44,083 bases of DNA. It comes from Candidatus Muiribacteriota bacterium. Lineage in GTDB: Bacteria > Muiribacteriota > Muiribacteriia > Muiribacteriales > Muiribacteriaceae. Location of the stretch: contig JBNJGP010000010.1 in NCBI GenBank assembly GCA_051747805.1, forward strand, positions 1-44,083, read 5' to 3'. Numbering within the stretch: the stretch's first letter is position 1; the number at the start of each line of letters is the position of its first letter. Positions 9,032-18,348 of the stretch are shown here, piece after piece. The translations under genes were made by a program, and so were the position numbers. The notes beneath the pieces were generated by a model that saw only the letters and a program-made list of their open reading frames with translations, ran no database searches and was not told where the DNA came from.

Positions 9032-10336
9032 ATGCAGAAAACTTTTAATGTGAAAAATATAAATTTATTTGAAGTGGTAGATGAAAAAATAATACATCGA
9101 GGTATTTCTAATTTATCAGTAAAAGATGGTATTATAGTAAAAAAAGAGGAAATGCCTGATGATGCCGAAGAAATCGACTTAAAAGGTAGAGTGGCCTTTC
9201 ACGGTTTTATAAATTTTCATCATCATATTTATTCTCAACTTGCCAAAGGAATGCCTGTTTCCGGTAGTTTTTCCAACTTCTTAAATATACTTGAAAATAT
9301 GTGGTGGAAAATGGATAAGGTTTTATTTAAAGAGGCTGTTGCTGTTTCTGCTGACATAGCTGCCTATGAATCAATAAAAAATGGTGTAACCACAGTTTTT
9401 GACCATCATGCCTCATTTGATTTTTTATCAAATTCGCTTGAAACTGTTGGAAAAACCCTCGAAGAAAGAGGGATAAAAAATGTATTATGCTTTGAGTGCA
9501 GTGACAGGAATGGAGAAGAAGTTTTCAAAAAAAGTGTTGAAGAAAATATTAATTATTCAAAAAACGTAAAAGATAATCCTAATAGGGAAGCAATGTTTGG
9601 GCTACACGCCCCCTTTACTTTAAGCGACAAATCTATGAAGTATATAAAAGAAAAAACTCATAAAAATACTCCCTGGCATTTTCATCTTGCAGAGGATATT
9701 TTAGATGTTTCTTATTCTGAAAAAAACTTCAATAAGGATATTATAAATAGACTGCTTTCATATGATTTAATTAACAATAAAACAATTTTAGCCCATTGTA
9801 ATCATCTTAAAGAGGAACATTTTGAGAAAATTAACTCTTTATCTCCGGCAATTGCACATAATCCTGAATCAAATATGAATAATGGTGTCGGTGTTTTAAA
9901 TTTTTCAAGAATAAGTTCTTTTAATAAAATAAAATTTCTGCCTGGAACCGACGGAATGAGTGCCAATATATTAAAAAGTATAAAAAGTGCATTTCTTTTA
10001 TACAGACATATAAACAGTTCGGCAGAAATCGGTTTTGATCTTCTCCAGAGAATGATTTTAAATTCAAAGGATTTTGGGGAGAGATTTTTCAAAGGTTTAT
10101 GGAGTTTTAATGAGGGACAAAAAATTAATCTGACAGTTTTTGACTATACACCATATACTCCAATTAATGAAGAAAACTTTCTTGGTCATTTTGCCTATGC
10201 AATAACAGAAAATCCTGTTTATTTCAGCGCCTGTGAAAAAATTCTTTTAAAAGAAGGAAAAGTACAGAACTATAATAAAAGTAAAATTTTCAGGGAATCT
10301 TCAGAAATAGCCCGGAAGTTATGGGAAAGACTTTAA
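9032..10336 (+). CDS. Metal-dependent amidohydrolase, SsnA/Atz-like aminohydrolase
   Basis: NFHHHIYS, GVTTVFDHHAS, FGLHAPFT, HFHLAE, HNPESNMNN and GTDG motifs. Confidence 0.85.
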   Translation: MQKTFNVKNINLFEVVDEKIIHRGISNLSVKDGIIVKKEEMPDDAEEIDLKGRVAFHGFINFHHHIYSQLAKGMPVSGSFSNFLNILENMWWKMDKVLFKEAVAVSADIAAYESIKNGVTTVFDHHASFDFLSNSLETVGKTLEERGIKNVLCFECSDRNGEEVFKKSVEENINYSKNVKDNPNREAMFGLHAPFTLSDKSMKYIKEKTHKNTPWHFHLAEDILDVSYSEKNFNKDIINRLLSYDLINNKTILAHCNHLKEEHFEKINSLSPAIAHNPESNMNNGVGVLNFSRISSFNKIKFLPGTDGMSANILKSIKSAFLLYRHINSSAEIGFDLLQRMILNSKDFGERFFKGLWSFNEGQKINLTVFDYTPYTPINEENFLGHFAYAITENPVYFSACEKILLKEGKVQNYNKSKIFRESSEIARKLWERL

Positions 10337-10381
10337 TTTTTTTTGCTGGACTTTTTTTTATATACTTATTAAAATGAATTA

Positions 10382-11377
10382 ATGCTGAAAAAAATAAATA
10401 TTATATTACTTTTTGTTATACTTTTTTTTATTAATGGATGTAAATCAGAAAATATAAATATTGATTTAGTATATCATGCTGAAAGCGAAGAAGAAATTCT
10501 GATTAAAAAAAAAACAGGGGAATTTGTCAAAAATAATCCTGAAATAAATATTAACCTTAATTTAATCCCTTTTCTTTCTTTAAAGCCTTATCTTTTAACA
10601 CTTGATGATGATGATATTCCAGATTTAATTCTGGGAGTTTCTGACTGGGCACTTGAACTGCAAGAAAATAATATTATTCAAAAAATAAATTATGTAAAAG
10701 ATTTTGAAGAAGTGCTTTCATTAAATGGCGAAAAAGTAGGTATTATTAAATCGGTAGATTTTCCAGCCATCTTTTATTATCCACATAAAATAGATAAAAA
10801 ACCACAAAATATTGACGAACTTTTTTCATTTTTCGGAGACAGTTTTTTTTATGATTTAAAAAATATGTACTATCACCTATTTATAACACAGTTTTTTGAA
10901 AATGATTTTTTTAAAAAAAATAAATATAATTTTCAAGATAAAGGTTTTGTCGACTCGCTTTCTTTTTTGAGAGAAAAAACATCAGGTAAGGTTCCTGAAA
11001 GCATTAACTATGATGCTGTTTTAAATATGTTTACTTCCGGAAGAATAGATATTATTATTGATGGAATGTGGAATTACGAGAGACATTTAAAAAATGGAGC
11101 CGAAGTACTTCCGATTTTTCCCGATAAAATTTATTATAATGCAAAAGCTTTTTTTATTGGTAAGAACTCTAAAAACAATGAAGAAGTATTAAAATTTATT
11201 AAGTTTCTTATGAAAAATGAAAAAATAAAATATCCTCCTGAGGTTTCTAATTTAAAGGGTCTGCCAGATTTTGAGGAGATGGGACGATTCTGGGGGAAAG
11301 GAAATGAAATATTATATAATTTACTTTATACTGAAGAAGATATAAATGAAATAATAAGGCGGGTTATCTCAAAATGA
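10382..11377 (+). CDS. Extracellular solute-binding lipoprotein (sugar-binding family 1-like, divergent)
   Basis: Lipobox INGC; PDL...SDW, MFTSGRIDIIIDGMWN and KNNEEVLKFIKFL are typical of MalE-like proteins. Confidence 0.7.
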   Translation: MLKKINIILLFVILFFINGCKSENINIDLVYHAESEEEILIKKKTGEFVKNNPEININLNLIPFLSLKPYLLTLDDDDIPDLILGVSDWALELQENNIIQKINYVKDFEEVLSLNGEKVGIIKSVDFPAIFYYPHKIDKKPQNIDELFSFFGDSFFYDLKNMYYHLFITQFFENDFFKKNKYNFQDKGFVDSLSFLREKTSGKVPESINYDAVLNMFTSGRIDIIIDGMWNYERHLKNGAEVLPIFPDKIYYNAKAFFIGKNSKNNEEVLKFIKFLMKNEKIKYPPEVSNLKGLPDFEEMGRFWGKGNEILYNLLYTEEDINEIIRRVISK

Positions 11378-13377
11378 CCTTTTTCTTTTCAATCAGAAAA
11401 AAACTTGCTTTTTATATGATAACGGTTCTTTTTCTTGCCTGTCTCATGTTTCTATTATATTTCACCTATGATTTTTCTAAAAATCATACAGAGCGCGTTA
11501 ATGAAGAGTTTAATAAGAGTTTAGCGAATTTTGAAAAAATTTTTTATGACGAGCTGGATAATATTCACATAATGAATACAATAATTTCAAAAAATCAGGA
11601 TTTAATTGAACATATTAAAGATGAAGATTTATTTGGAATTTATGGCAAGCTTGCGGATTTAAGGCGGGATTTAAATCTTGAAAAAGCAAATATATCAATA
11701 GTTATTTATGATGAAAAAAAGAATAAAATTTCATCAATTCCCGGTGAGTTTAAATATGAAGCCCCTTCCCGGCTTCTTTCACGTCAGAGGGGAGTGGGAA
11801 AATATTTCAGGGTTATTGAGGAAAATCTGTTTTTTATTTCAAAAGTTCCTTCTTTTGATTCTGATGGTACGTTTATAAGCGATAATTATTTATTTTTTAA
11901 TATAAATGAGAATTTTTTAGTTGATTTTTCATCAAAATTCGGAGATGAAATTATTATAGAAATAGATGAAAGTATAATTGCCACAACTGAAGAGGAGGTA
12001 AATTTATCCCAGAATGAGTTTTTATTCAGAGAATATGAAAAAACAAGTAATCCAGAATCAAAAATAATTGTTGCTAAAGATATAACTTATATTTCAGAAG
12101 ATTTAAGAAAATCAAGGCTGGTTATTTTTCAGGTTTTTGGTGTTATTTTACTTTTATCAGGGATTTTATCAAATTTTGCCTCCAGAAGCTTTACTCTTCC
12201 TATTATGAAGCTTGCTAAGACAGCCCGCAGTATTGGAAGGGGAAATCTTGATATAAAAAGTGAAATAAAATCAGAAGATGAAATTGGTCAGCTTGCCCAT
12301 ACAATTGATAAAATGCGTATAAATTTAAAAAAACACACAAAAAATCTTAAAACAACTAATATTAAACTTGATAGAAGAGTTTATGAACTTTCAATACTTA
12401 ATGAATTAAATCAGGAACTTAATTATTTAAAAGATTATAATGAAGTTTTTAGAATATTATTAAAAAAAATTGTAACTGCCTTAAAAGTTGAAAGGGCAAG
12501 TGTTATGCTTTATGAAAAAAATGAACTCAAGGCAGTTGAATTAAATATAGACGGGGATTTTCATGAAGTTATACCGAAAATTAAAATTAAAAAGGGTGAG
12601 GGTGCGGCCGGTATTGCCTTAAAAAAAAATCTTCCCGTAGTTATTAATGATTGTCAGCATAGTCGATTATTTCAAAAATCACAGGGCTCATACACTAAAG
12701 TTAAAAATATTGTGTGTGTACCTTTTCATGCAAAAGAAAATGTAAAAGGAGTTTTTAACATTATAAACTCTCCGTGCGTCTGGCAGAGAAAAGATATTGA
12801 ACTTATTAAATTAATAATAAATACGGGTTTAATAGCTGTTGATAATGCAAAACTTTATGAGCTGGCAATTACTGATGGATTAACTGGTTTATATATTCAC
12901 AGATATTTTCAGCTTAGACTTCAGGAAGAAATAAGTAAAGCTCGAAGATATAAACAGAACCTGTCTCTTGCAATGATAGATATTGATTTTTTTAAAAAGT
13001 TCAATGATAAATATGGTCATCAAACTGGCGACAGAGTGTTAAAACAGGTTTCAAATATTATAGGCGATAATATTAGAAATGGTGTGGATATACCTGCAAG
13101 ATATGGTGGGGAAGAGTTTGCCGTGATTATGCCCGATACAGAAGCCGAAGGGGCACAAACCTTCATTGAAAGGCTTAGAAATAAAATTGAAAAAAACAGT
13201 ATTTTTTATGATGATAAAAAGCTTAATATCACAATAAGCGCAGGTATTGCAACTTACCCTTTACACGGAGAAAACAGGCTTGATTTAATTAAAAAAGCCG
13301 ATAAAGCTCTATATTTCTCCAAAGAAAATGGTAGAAATAAGGTAAGTATTTTTAATAAGTTAAGGGGGGAAAAATGA
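11374..13377 (+). CDS. Membrane diguanylate cyclase (extracytoplasmic sensor-HAMP-GAF-GGDEF)
   Basis: Two TM helices; HAMP DEIGQLA; GAF-like region; TDGLTGL, DIDFFKKFND and RYGGEEF motifs. Confidence 0.92.
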   Translation: MTFFFSIRKKLAFYMITVLFLACLMFLLYFTYDFSKNHTERVNEEFNKSLANFEKIFYDELDNIHIMNTIISKNQDLIEHIKDEDLFGIYGKLADLRRDLNLEKANISIVIYDEKKNKISSIPGEFKYEAPSRLLSRQRGVGKYFRVIEENLFFISKVPSFDSDGTFISDNYLFFNINENFLVDFSSKFGDEIIIEIDESIIATTEEEVNLSQNEFLFREYEKTSNPESKIIVAKDITYISEDLRKSRLVIFQVFGVILLLSGILSNFASRSFTLPIMKLAKTARSIGRGNLDIKSEIKSEDEIGQLAHTIDKMRINLKKHTKNLKTTNIKLDRRVYELSILNELNQELNYLKDYNEVFRILLKKIVTALKVERASVMLYEKNELKAVELNIDGDFHEVIPKIKIKKGEGAAGIALKKNLPVVINDCQHSRLFQKSQGSYTKVKNIVCVPFHAKENVKGVFNIINSPCVWQRKDIELIKLIINTGLIAVDNAKLYELAITDGLTGLYIHRYFQLRLQEEISKARRYKQNLSLAMIDIDFFKKFNDKYGHQTGDRVLKQVSNIIGDNIRNGVDIPARYGGEEFAVIMPDTEAEGAQTFIERLRNKIEKNSIFYDDKKLNITISAGIATYPLHGENRLDLIKKADKALYFSKENGRNKVSIFNKLRGEK

Positions 13378-14033
13378 ATTTTTTTTATGTATTATTTAAG
13401 CCACAAATATTATTCAGAAAGCTGGGTGAAATAAAAGTTTTTTACAGGCAATTTTTGATTATTGTTTTTATGTTCATGTTTAATCAGGTTTTAACTTCCC
13501 CCTATATAAGAATGGTTATTGAAAAAGATGCTGTTATGTCTGGGGATAAAATAATGACTCTAACCGCTCAACCCTTTTTCGGGGCTTTGTTTATGGGAAT
13601 ATTAATGAGTGTAATAATTGGCTTTTTTTCGTTGTACTATCTTTTTTTTATGAATATTATTACTGGAAAAAGTCGTGTTAACTCCAGAGGAGTTTTAAGT
13701 TTAGTAGTTTATTCATACTTTATAAGATGGATAGAATCCTTAGCAGAATTTGGTGTTATTGCTTTTTCAGATTTAGATAAAATAGAAAGTTATCAGCAGT
13801 TTCAAAATAGTTTTACAAATATTTTTTCAATAAATAATCTTTTTTTATCAACGAATATTGAAATACTGGATAACTTTTTTTCCTATATAACTATTTTTTC
13901 TTTATGGCAGGCATTTTTAATTGCTGCCGGATTAGCTTTTTTATATAAGGTGAAATTTTTCAAAAGTATTATTCCTGTGCTTTTTATTTATGCACTTATT
14001 TTATTATGGGCATTTTTAGAAACAGGTATTTGA
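13374..14033 (+). CDS. Yip1-like integral membrane protein
   Basis: VLFKP start, about five TM segments, IFSLW...GL motif. Confidence 0.6.
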   Translation: MNFFYVLFKPQILFRKLGEIKVFYRQFLIIVFMFMFNQVLTSPYIRMVIEKDAVMSGDKIMTLTAQPFFGALFMGILMSVIIGFFSLYYLFFMNIITGKSRVNSRGVLSLVVYSYFIRWIESLAEFGVIAFSDLDKIESYQQFQNSFTNIFSINNLFLSTNIEILDNFFSYITIFSLWQAFLIAAGLAFLYKVKFFKSIIPVLFIYALILLWAFLETGI

Positions 14034-14064
14034 AAAAAATCAAAAAATAATTTAAACTCCCAAT

Positions 14065-14868
14065 ATGTATAAATTTGAAAATTATAACGGCTATCTTTTA
14101 ATGAAAACCCGTACTAATCTAGTTATCGGTGAACATGAAAATATTGAAGAAGAATTTCTGAAAAATTTTACCCATGATTGTCTGGGGCTTATTTTTGATA
14201 TTTCAGATACTACATATATTGACAGCAGTGGTATAAGTATTATACTAAAATTTCGAAAAAGGTTGAACCTTATTTCAAAACAGCTTTTTTTAATTTGTGA
14301 AAATCCAAGAATTGAAAAAGTTTTTAAAGTTTCAAAAATTGATAAAATTATAAATATAAAAAAAAATATAAACGAAGTTTTCGAATCTGGCACAAATAAA
14401 AAAGCTAATCCTGAATTTAAGTTGCAGGAGTATAAAATAGTTATTCCCTCTGAATATTTATATATTAATGTTGTTCAGGAATTTACACTTAAAATAATGG
14501 ATAAAATTTACGATTTTACAAAAACAGATGAATATGATATAAGAATGTCACTGGAAGAAGCACTTGCTAATTCAATTGAGCATGGTTATAAAGATTCAGA
14601 AAGGGAAGGACTGGTTCAGGTTTATGTTATTTGTCTTCAGGATGAAATAATTATTTTCATAGATGATTATGGCAAAGGGTTTGATAGAGAAAAACTTATT
14701 AAAAAAGTTGATAAAAAAATTGATGAGCCCTATGCCTTAAGGGGGAGAGGTCTTCTAATACTTGAGAAGATTGCAGATGAAGTTTATTATGACAGTATTA
14801 AAAATAAAGGCAGCAGTATGATTATTGCAAAAAAATTCAATATTAAGGAGAGTGAAACCCATGGATGA
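14065..14868 (+). CDS. STAS (anti-anti-sigma) domain fused to an RsbW-like anti-sigma kinase
   Basis: N-terminal YIDSSG; C-terminal [18 protein letters not shown] and RGRGL (HATPase_c_2). Confidence 0.85.
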   Translation: MYKFENYNGYLLMKTRTNLVIGEHENIEEEFLKNFTHDCLGLIFDISDTTYIDSSGISIILKFRKRLNLISKQLFLICENPRIEKVFKVSKIDKIINIKKNINEVFESGTNKKANPEFKLQEYKIVIPSEYLYINVVQEFTLKIMDKIYDFTKTDEYDIRMSLEEALANSIEHGYKDSEREGLVQVYVICLQDEIIIFIDDYGKGFDREKLIKKVDKKIDEPYALRGRGLLILEKIADEVYYDSIKNKGSSMIIAKKFNIKESETHG

Positions 14869-16354
14869 TATTTTAACCAATGATATAGTAAAACAGAAGT
14901 ATTCTAATTTAAAGGAATTAAAGGAAAAAAATATAAACCCATATCCATCCTTTTATGATAAAAAACATAAAAACTCAGAAATTATTGGAGAAAACAAAAA
15001 TATTGATAAAGGTGAAAAAACAGAACAAGAATATAAAACTGCCGGACGTCTTGTTGCTGTAAGAGGTCATGGAAAAACTATGTTTGGGCATATTGAAGAT
15101 TTTAGCTCTTCCTTACAGTTTTATATAAAAAAAAATGAAGTAGGTGAAGAAACTTTTAATATTTTTAAAAAAATGGACCTTGGTGATTTTATTGGAATTG
15201 AGGGTCCTGTATTTAAAACAAAAACTGGTGAAATTACGCTTAGAATAAAAAACTTAAAATTAATTTCAAAATCAATTCAGCCTATGCCTGAAAAATTTCA
15301 TGGAATCAAAGATGTTGAACTAAGATATAGAAAAAGATATGTTGATTTAATATCAAATAAAGATGTTAAAAAAACTTTTGTTTTACGTTCAAAAATTATT
15401 AATTATATCCGAAAATGGATGGACTCCGCCGATTTTCTGGAAGTAGAAACTCCCATGATGCATCCCATAGCAGGTGGTGCTTCGGCAAAACCGTTTATAA
15501 CACATCATAATACTCTGGATATGGATTTATACCTAAGAATTGCCCCTGAATTGTATCTTAAAAGATTATTGGTTGGAGGATTTGAAAAAGTATATGAAAT
15601 AAACAGGAATTTCAGAAACGAAGGTATTTCTGTTAAACATAATCCTGAATTTACAATGATGGAAGTATATCAGGCTTATGCTGATTATAAAGATATGATG
15701 ACGCTGACTGAAAATTTGATTCATGATACAGCTGAAAACATCTTAAATACAACTGAAGTTCAGTGCGGAGATGCCACTATATCATTAAAAAAACCATTTG
15801 AACGTTTAACTATGGTTGAGTCGATTGAAAAATATGCCCATATTAAAATAGACAGTAGCCTTGACAGGGAAGATTTATATGAAATAGCAAAAGATAAAAA
15901 CATTGAAGAGGCAAAGCAGAGTATGACAAGAGGTGTACTTATTAATCTTCTTTTTGAAGAGCTTGTGGAGCATAAATTAATTCAACCAGTTTTTATTTAT
16001 AAATATCCTGTGGAAATATCTCCTCTTTCAAAAAATTGTGAAGATGATGTTGATTTTACAGATCGTTTTGAGCTTTTTATTTCTGGAAGAGAAATTGCAA
16101 ATGCTTTTTCAGAATTAAATGATCCTTTTGAGCAACAGGAAAGGTTTATGCAACAACTCGATAAAAGAAATTCCGGTGATGATGAGGCACATAGAATGGA
16201 TGAAGATTTTCTGCATGCTCTGCAATATGGTATGCCTAATGCCGGGGGGCTGGGAATAGGAATAGACAGGCTTATAATGATACTTACAGACAGTCCTTCT
16301 ATTCGGGACGTAATATTATTTCCAACATTAAAGAAAACTAAAGATTTTAAATAA
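14861..16354 (+). CDS. lysS: Lysyl-tRNA synthetase, class II
   Basis: [26 protein letters not shown]...HNPEFT and GLGIGIDRL motifs; AGGAG RBS before the ATG at 14861. Confidence 0.97.
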   Translation: MDDILTNDIVKQKYSNLKELKEKNINPYPSFYDKKHKNSEIIGENKNIDKGEKTEQEYKTAGRLVAVRGHGKTMFGHIEDFSSSLQFYIKKNEVGEETFNIFKKMDLGDFIGIEGPVFKTKTGEITLRIKNLKLISKSIQPMPEKFHGIKDVELRYRKRYVDLISNKDVKKTFVLRSKIINYIRKWMDSADFLEVETPMMHPIAGGASAKPFITHHNTLDMDLYLRIAPELYLKRLLVGGFEKVYEINRNFRNEGISVKHNPEFTMMEVYQAYADYKDMMTLTENLIHDTAENILNTTEVQCGDATISLKKPFERLTMVESIEKYAHIKIDSSLDREDLYEIAKDKNIEEAKQSMTRGVLINLLFEELVEHKLIQPVFIYKYPVEISPLSKNCEDDVDFTDRFELFISGREIANAFSELNDPFEQQERFMQQLDKRNSGDDEAHRMDEDFLHALQYGMPNAGGLGIGIDRLIMILTDSPSIRDVILFPTLKKTKDFK

Positions 16355-16366
16355 AATATCCGATAG
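16339..16366 (+). promoter_or_regulatory. sigma28 (FliA/SigD) promoter of flagellin
   Basis: TAAA-N16-TCCGATAG about 70 nt upstream of the flagellin ATG. Confidence 0.7.
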
Positions 16367-16377
16367 GAATTCAGTAA

Positions 16378-16427
16378 AGTTTTTTCATGGATGAAAAAAC
16401 TGATTTTTTTGTTTCTTACATGGAGGT
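16378..16427 (+). promoter_or_regulatory. Two CsrA/RsmA-type binding sites in the flagellin leader
   Basis: Perfect 9-bp stem AGTTTTTTC-ATGGAT-GAAAAAACT with an ANGGAN loop; a second ACATGGAGGT overlaps the RBS. Confidence 0.7.
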
Positions 16428-16435
16428 GAACTAGC

Positions 16436-18283
16436 ATGACTATAGGTATTGGTGTAATTAATTCAAATCACAGTGCTATATTCACAAACAGAATTCTCAA
16501 CAGAGAATCAAGGGTAAATAATAAATCCCTCCATAAATTATCATCAGGATTAAGAATTACTCGGGCAGCAGATGATGCTGCCGGATTGGCTGTTTCTGAA
16601 AAAATGAGGGGACAGATAAATGGACTTGAGCAGGCAAGAACGAATACAGAAAATGCTGTTTCTATGGTACAGACTGCCGAGGGAGTTCTTGATGTTGCAA
16701 ATTCTATAATTGTCAGAATGCGTAATCTCTCGGTTCAGGCTGCAAATGATAATTATACTAATTCAGATAGAATGCAGATGCAGGAGGAACTGGATCAGCT
16801 TATCGATCAGGTTGACAGAGTTGCAAATTATACTGAATTTAATACAAAAGCCCTTTTAAATGGAAATACAATTGGAATTTCTCAGTCACAGGATACTAGA
16901 GTTTCCAGTGCTGATGTTGTCGGCGAGGTTACAGATGCTGACTATATGATTACAGTACTTGCAGCAGGTGGTGCAAGTAATGTACATGGAACAGTGAAAC
17001 TGACTGATACAAATGATGATGGCGTAGAAAACCTTGAGGATGCCGGTATAACAGGAAGGGCCGAACTTCACGTGGAAATAGATGGCTCTACAAGAATTAT
17101 TGATGTTGAAGAAAAAGATACACTTTATGATGTTGTGACCAAAATAAATGAAAGAAATGTTGGTGTGCTTGCCGGTCTTTCGGCTGATGGAGATGCAGTA
17201 ACAATGACAAGTGTTTATTCTGGTTCCAAGTATAATATTAATTTTGGAGACGACCCCGACGGTGTAGCTTTAAAGCTTGGCTTATTTGGGGGTAATGATG
17301 AATCTAAAACAAAAAAAATGACTGTGGAAGATTCTGCAGGCAACTCCTACAGGGCATTTACAACAGGAACAGATACAATAATATCAATTGCCAACGTAAC
17401 ACAACAGCCTATGTTTCCAACCCGACCGGGTAGAAATAATGAGGCCGGAGGTTATGTTCAGAGTCTTGGGGTATTCAGGTCAGATTCAAGAATTTTTACA
17501 GAAAAGGAACTATCAAGTCCAATTGGTGGAGAATCAGGAGGACCGCCACCACCGCCTCTGGGTAATCCAGATCTTTCCGAATCAGATTTGTTAAAAGGAC
17601 TTGTTATAAGAATAGATGGACAGATTAATTATGGCTGGGATGAAAGAGATTCAAATTCTCCAGAGCCTTATATTGCAAACTGGCCAGAAGATCCAAACAG
17701 TGCGGGGTATAAAAAATATTCACCAGAGGTTCCTGAATCAAAAGAACTCGTAGGGACAGATGATAATTCTTGGAAAAGTATAACTCAGACACAGCTGAGA
17801 ATACGTTCAAATAAACAGCAGTTTCAGGTAGGCGCTAATGAAGGCGAGCTTTTTGGAGCCTCGTTTGGAAATATTACCCCGGAAAATCTTGGTCTTGCAG
17901 TTAAATTACAGTCAGACGGAAAAATAAATCTTAATAGAACAGATTATTCCACGGGAACAAGAGGGGCTGGCCCTCTTTATCAAATGAATGCAAGTATTCA
18001 AACTCAGTCCAGCGCCGAAAATACTTTGGGAAAAATTGATAATGCGCTGGAGCAGATATCACTTCAGAGAACTGCGCTTGGTGCGCTTCAGAATTCACTT
18101 GAAAAAACTCATGAATATTTAAATGAAAACAGATTACATGAGTCTGAGTCAAGAATTCGCGACCTTGATATGGCAAAAGAAAGTATTTCTTATGCAAAAA
18201 GTAAAATATTAATTCAAAGCGGAACTTCAATGCTTGCGCAGGCAAATACAAAACATGAGACAGTATTAACGCTTTTAAATTAA
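16436..18283 (+). CDS. fliC: Flagellin with a large central variable region
   Basis: KLSSGLRITRAADDAAGLA, QTAEG, QVGANEG, ESRIRDLDMA and QSGTSMLAQAN motifs. Confidence 0.93.
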   Translation: MTIGIGVINSNHSAIFTNRILNRESRVNNKSLHKLSSGLRITRAADDAAGLAVSEKMRGQINGLEQARTNTENAVSMVQTAEGVLDVANSIIVRMRNLSVQAANDNYTNSDRMQMQEELDQLIDQVDRVANYTEFNTKALLNGNTIGISQSQDTRVSSADVVGEVTDADYMITVLAAGGASNVHGTVKLTDTNDDGVENLEDAGITGRAELHVEIDGSTRIIDVEEKDTLYDVVTKINERNVGVLAGLSADGDAVTMTSVYSGSKYNINFGDDPDGVALKLGLFGGNDESKTKKMTVEDSAGNSYRAFTTGTDTIISIANVTQQPMFPTRPGRNNEAGGYVQSLGVFRSDSRIFTEKELSSPIGGESGGPPPPPLGNPDLSESDLLKGLVIRIDGQINYGWDERDSNSPEPYIANWPEDPNSAGYKKYSPEVPESKELVGTDDNSWKSITQTQLRIRSNKQQFQVGANEGELFGASFGNITPENLGLAVKLQSDGKINLNRTDYSTGTRGAGPLYQMNASIQTQSSAENTLGKIDNALEQISLQRTALGALQNSLEKTHEYLNENRLHESESRIRDLDMAKESISYAKSKILIQSGTSMLAQANTKHETVLTLLN

Positions 18284-18287
18284 AACG

Positions 18288-18316
18288 TTGATAAATTCAA
18301 TAATATCCTTTATAAT
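18288..18316 (+). promoter_or_regulatory. sigma70-type promoter
   Basis: TTGATA-N17-TATAAT. Confidence 0.65.
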
Positions 18317-18348
18317 TAATTCAGAATAAAAAATCAGGAGTATTAAGT

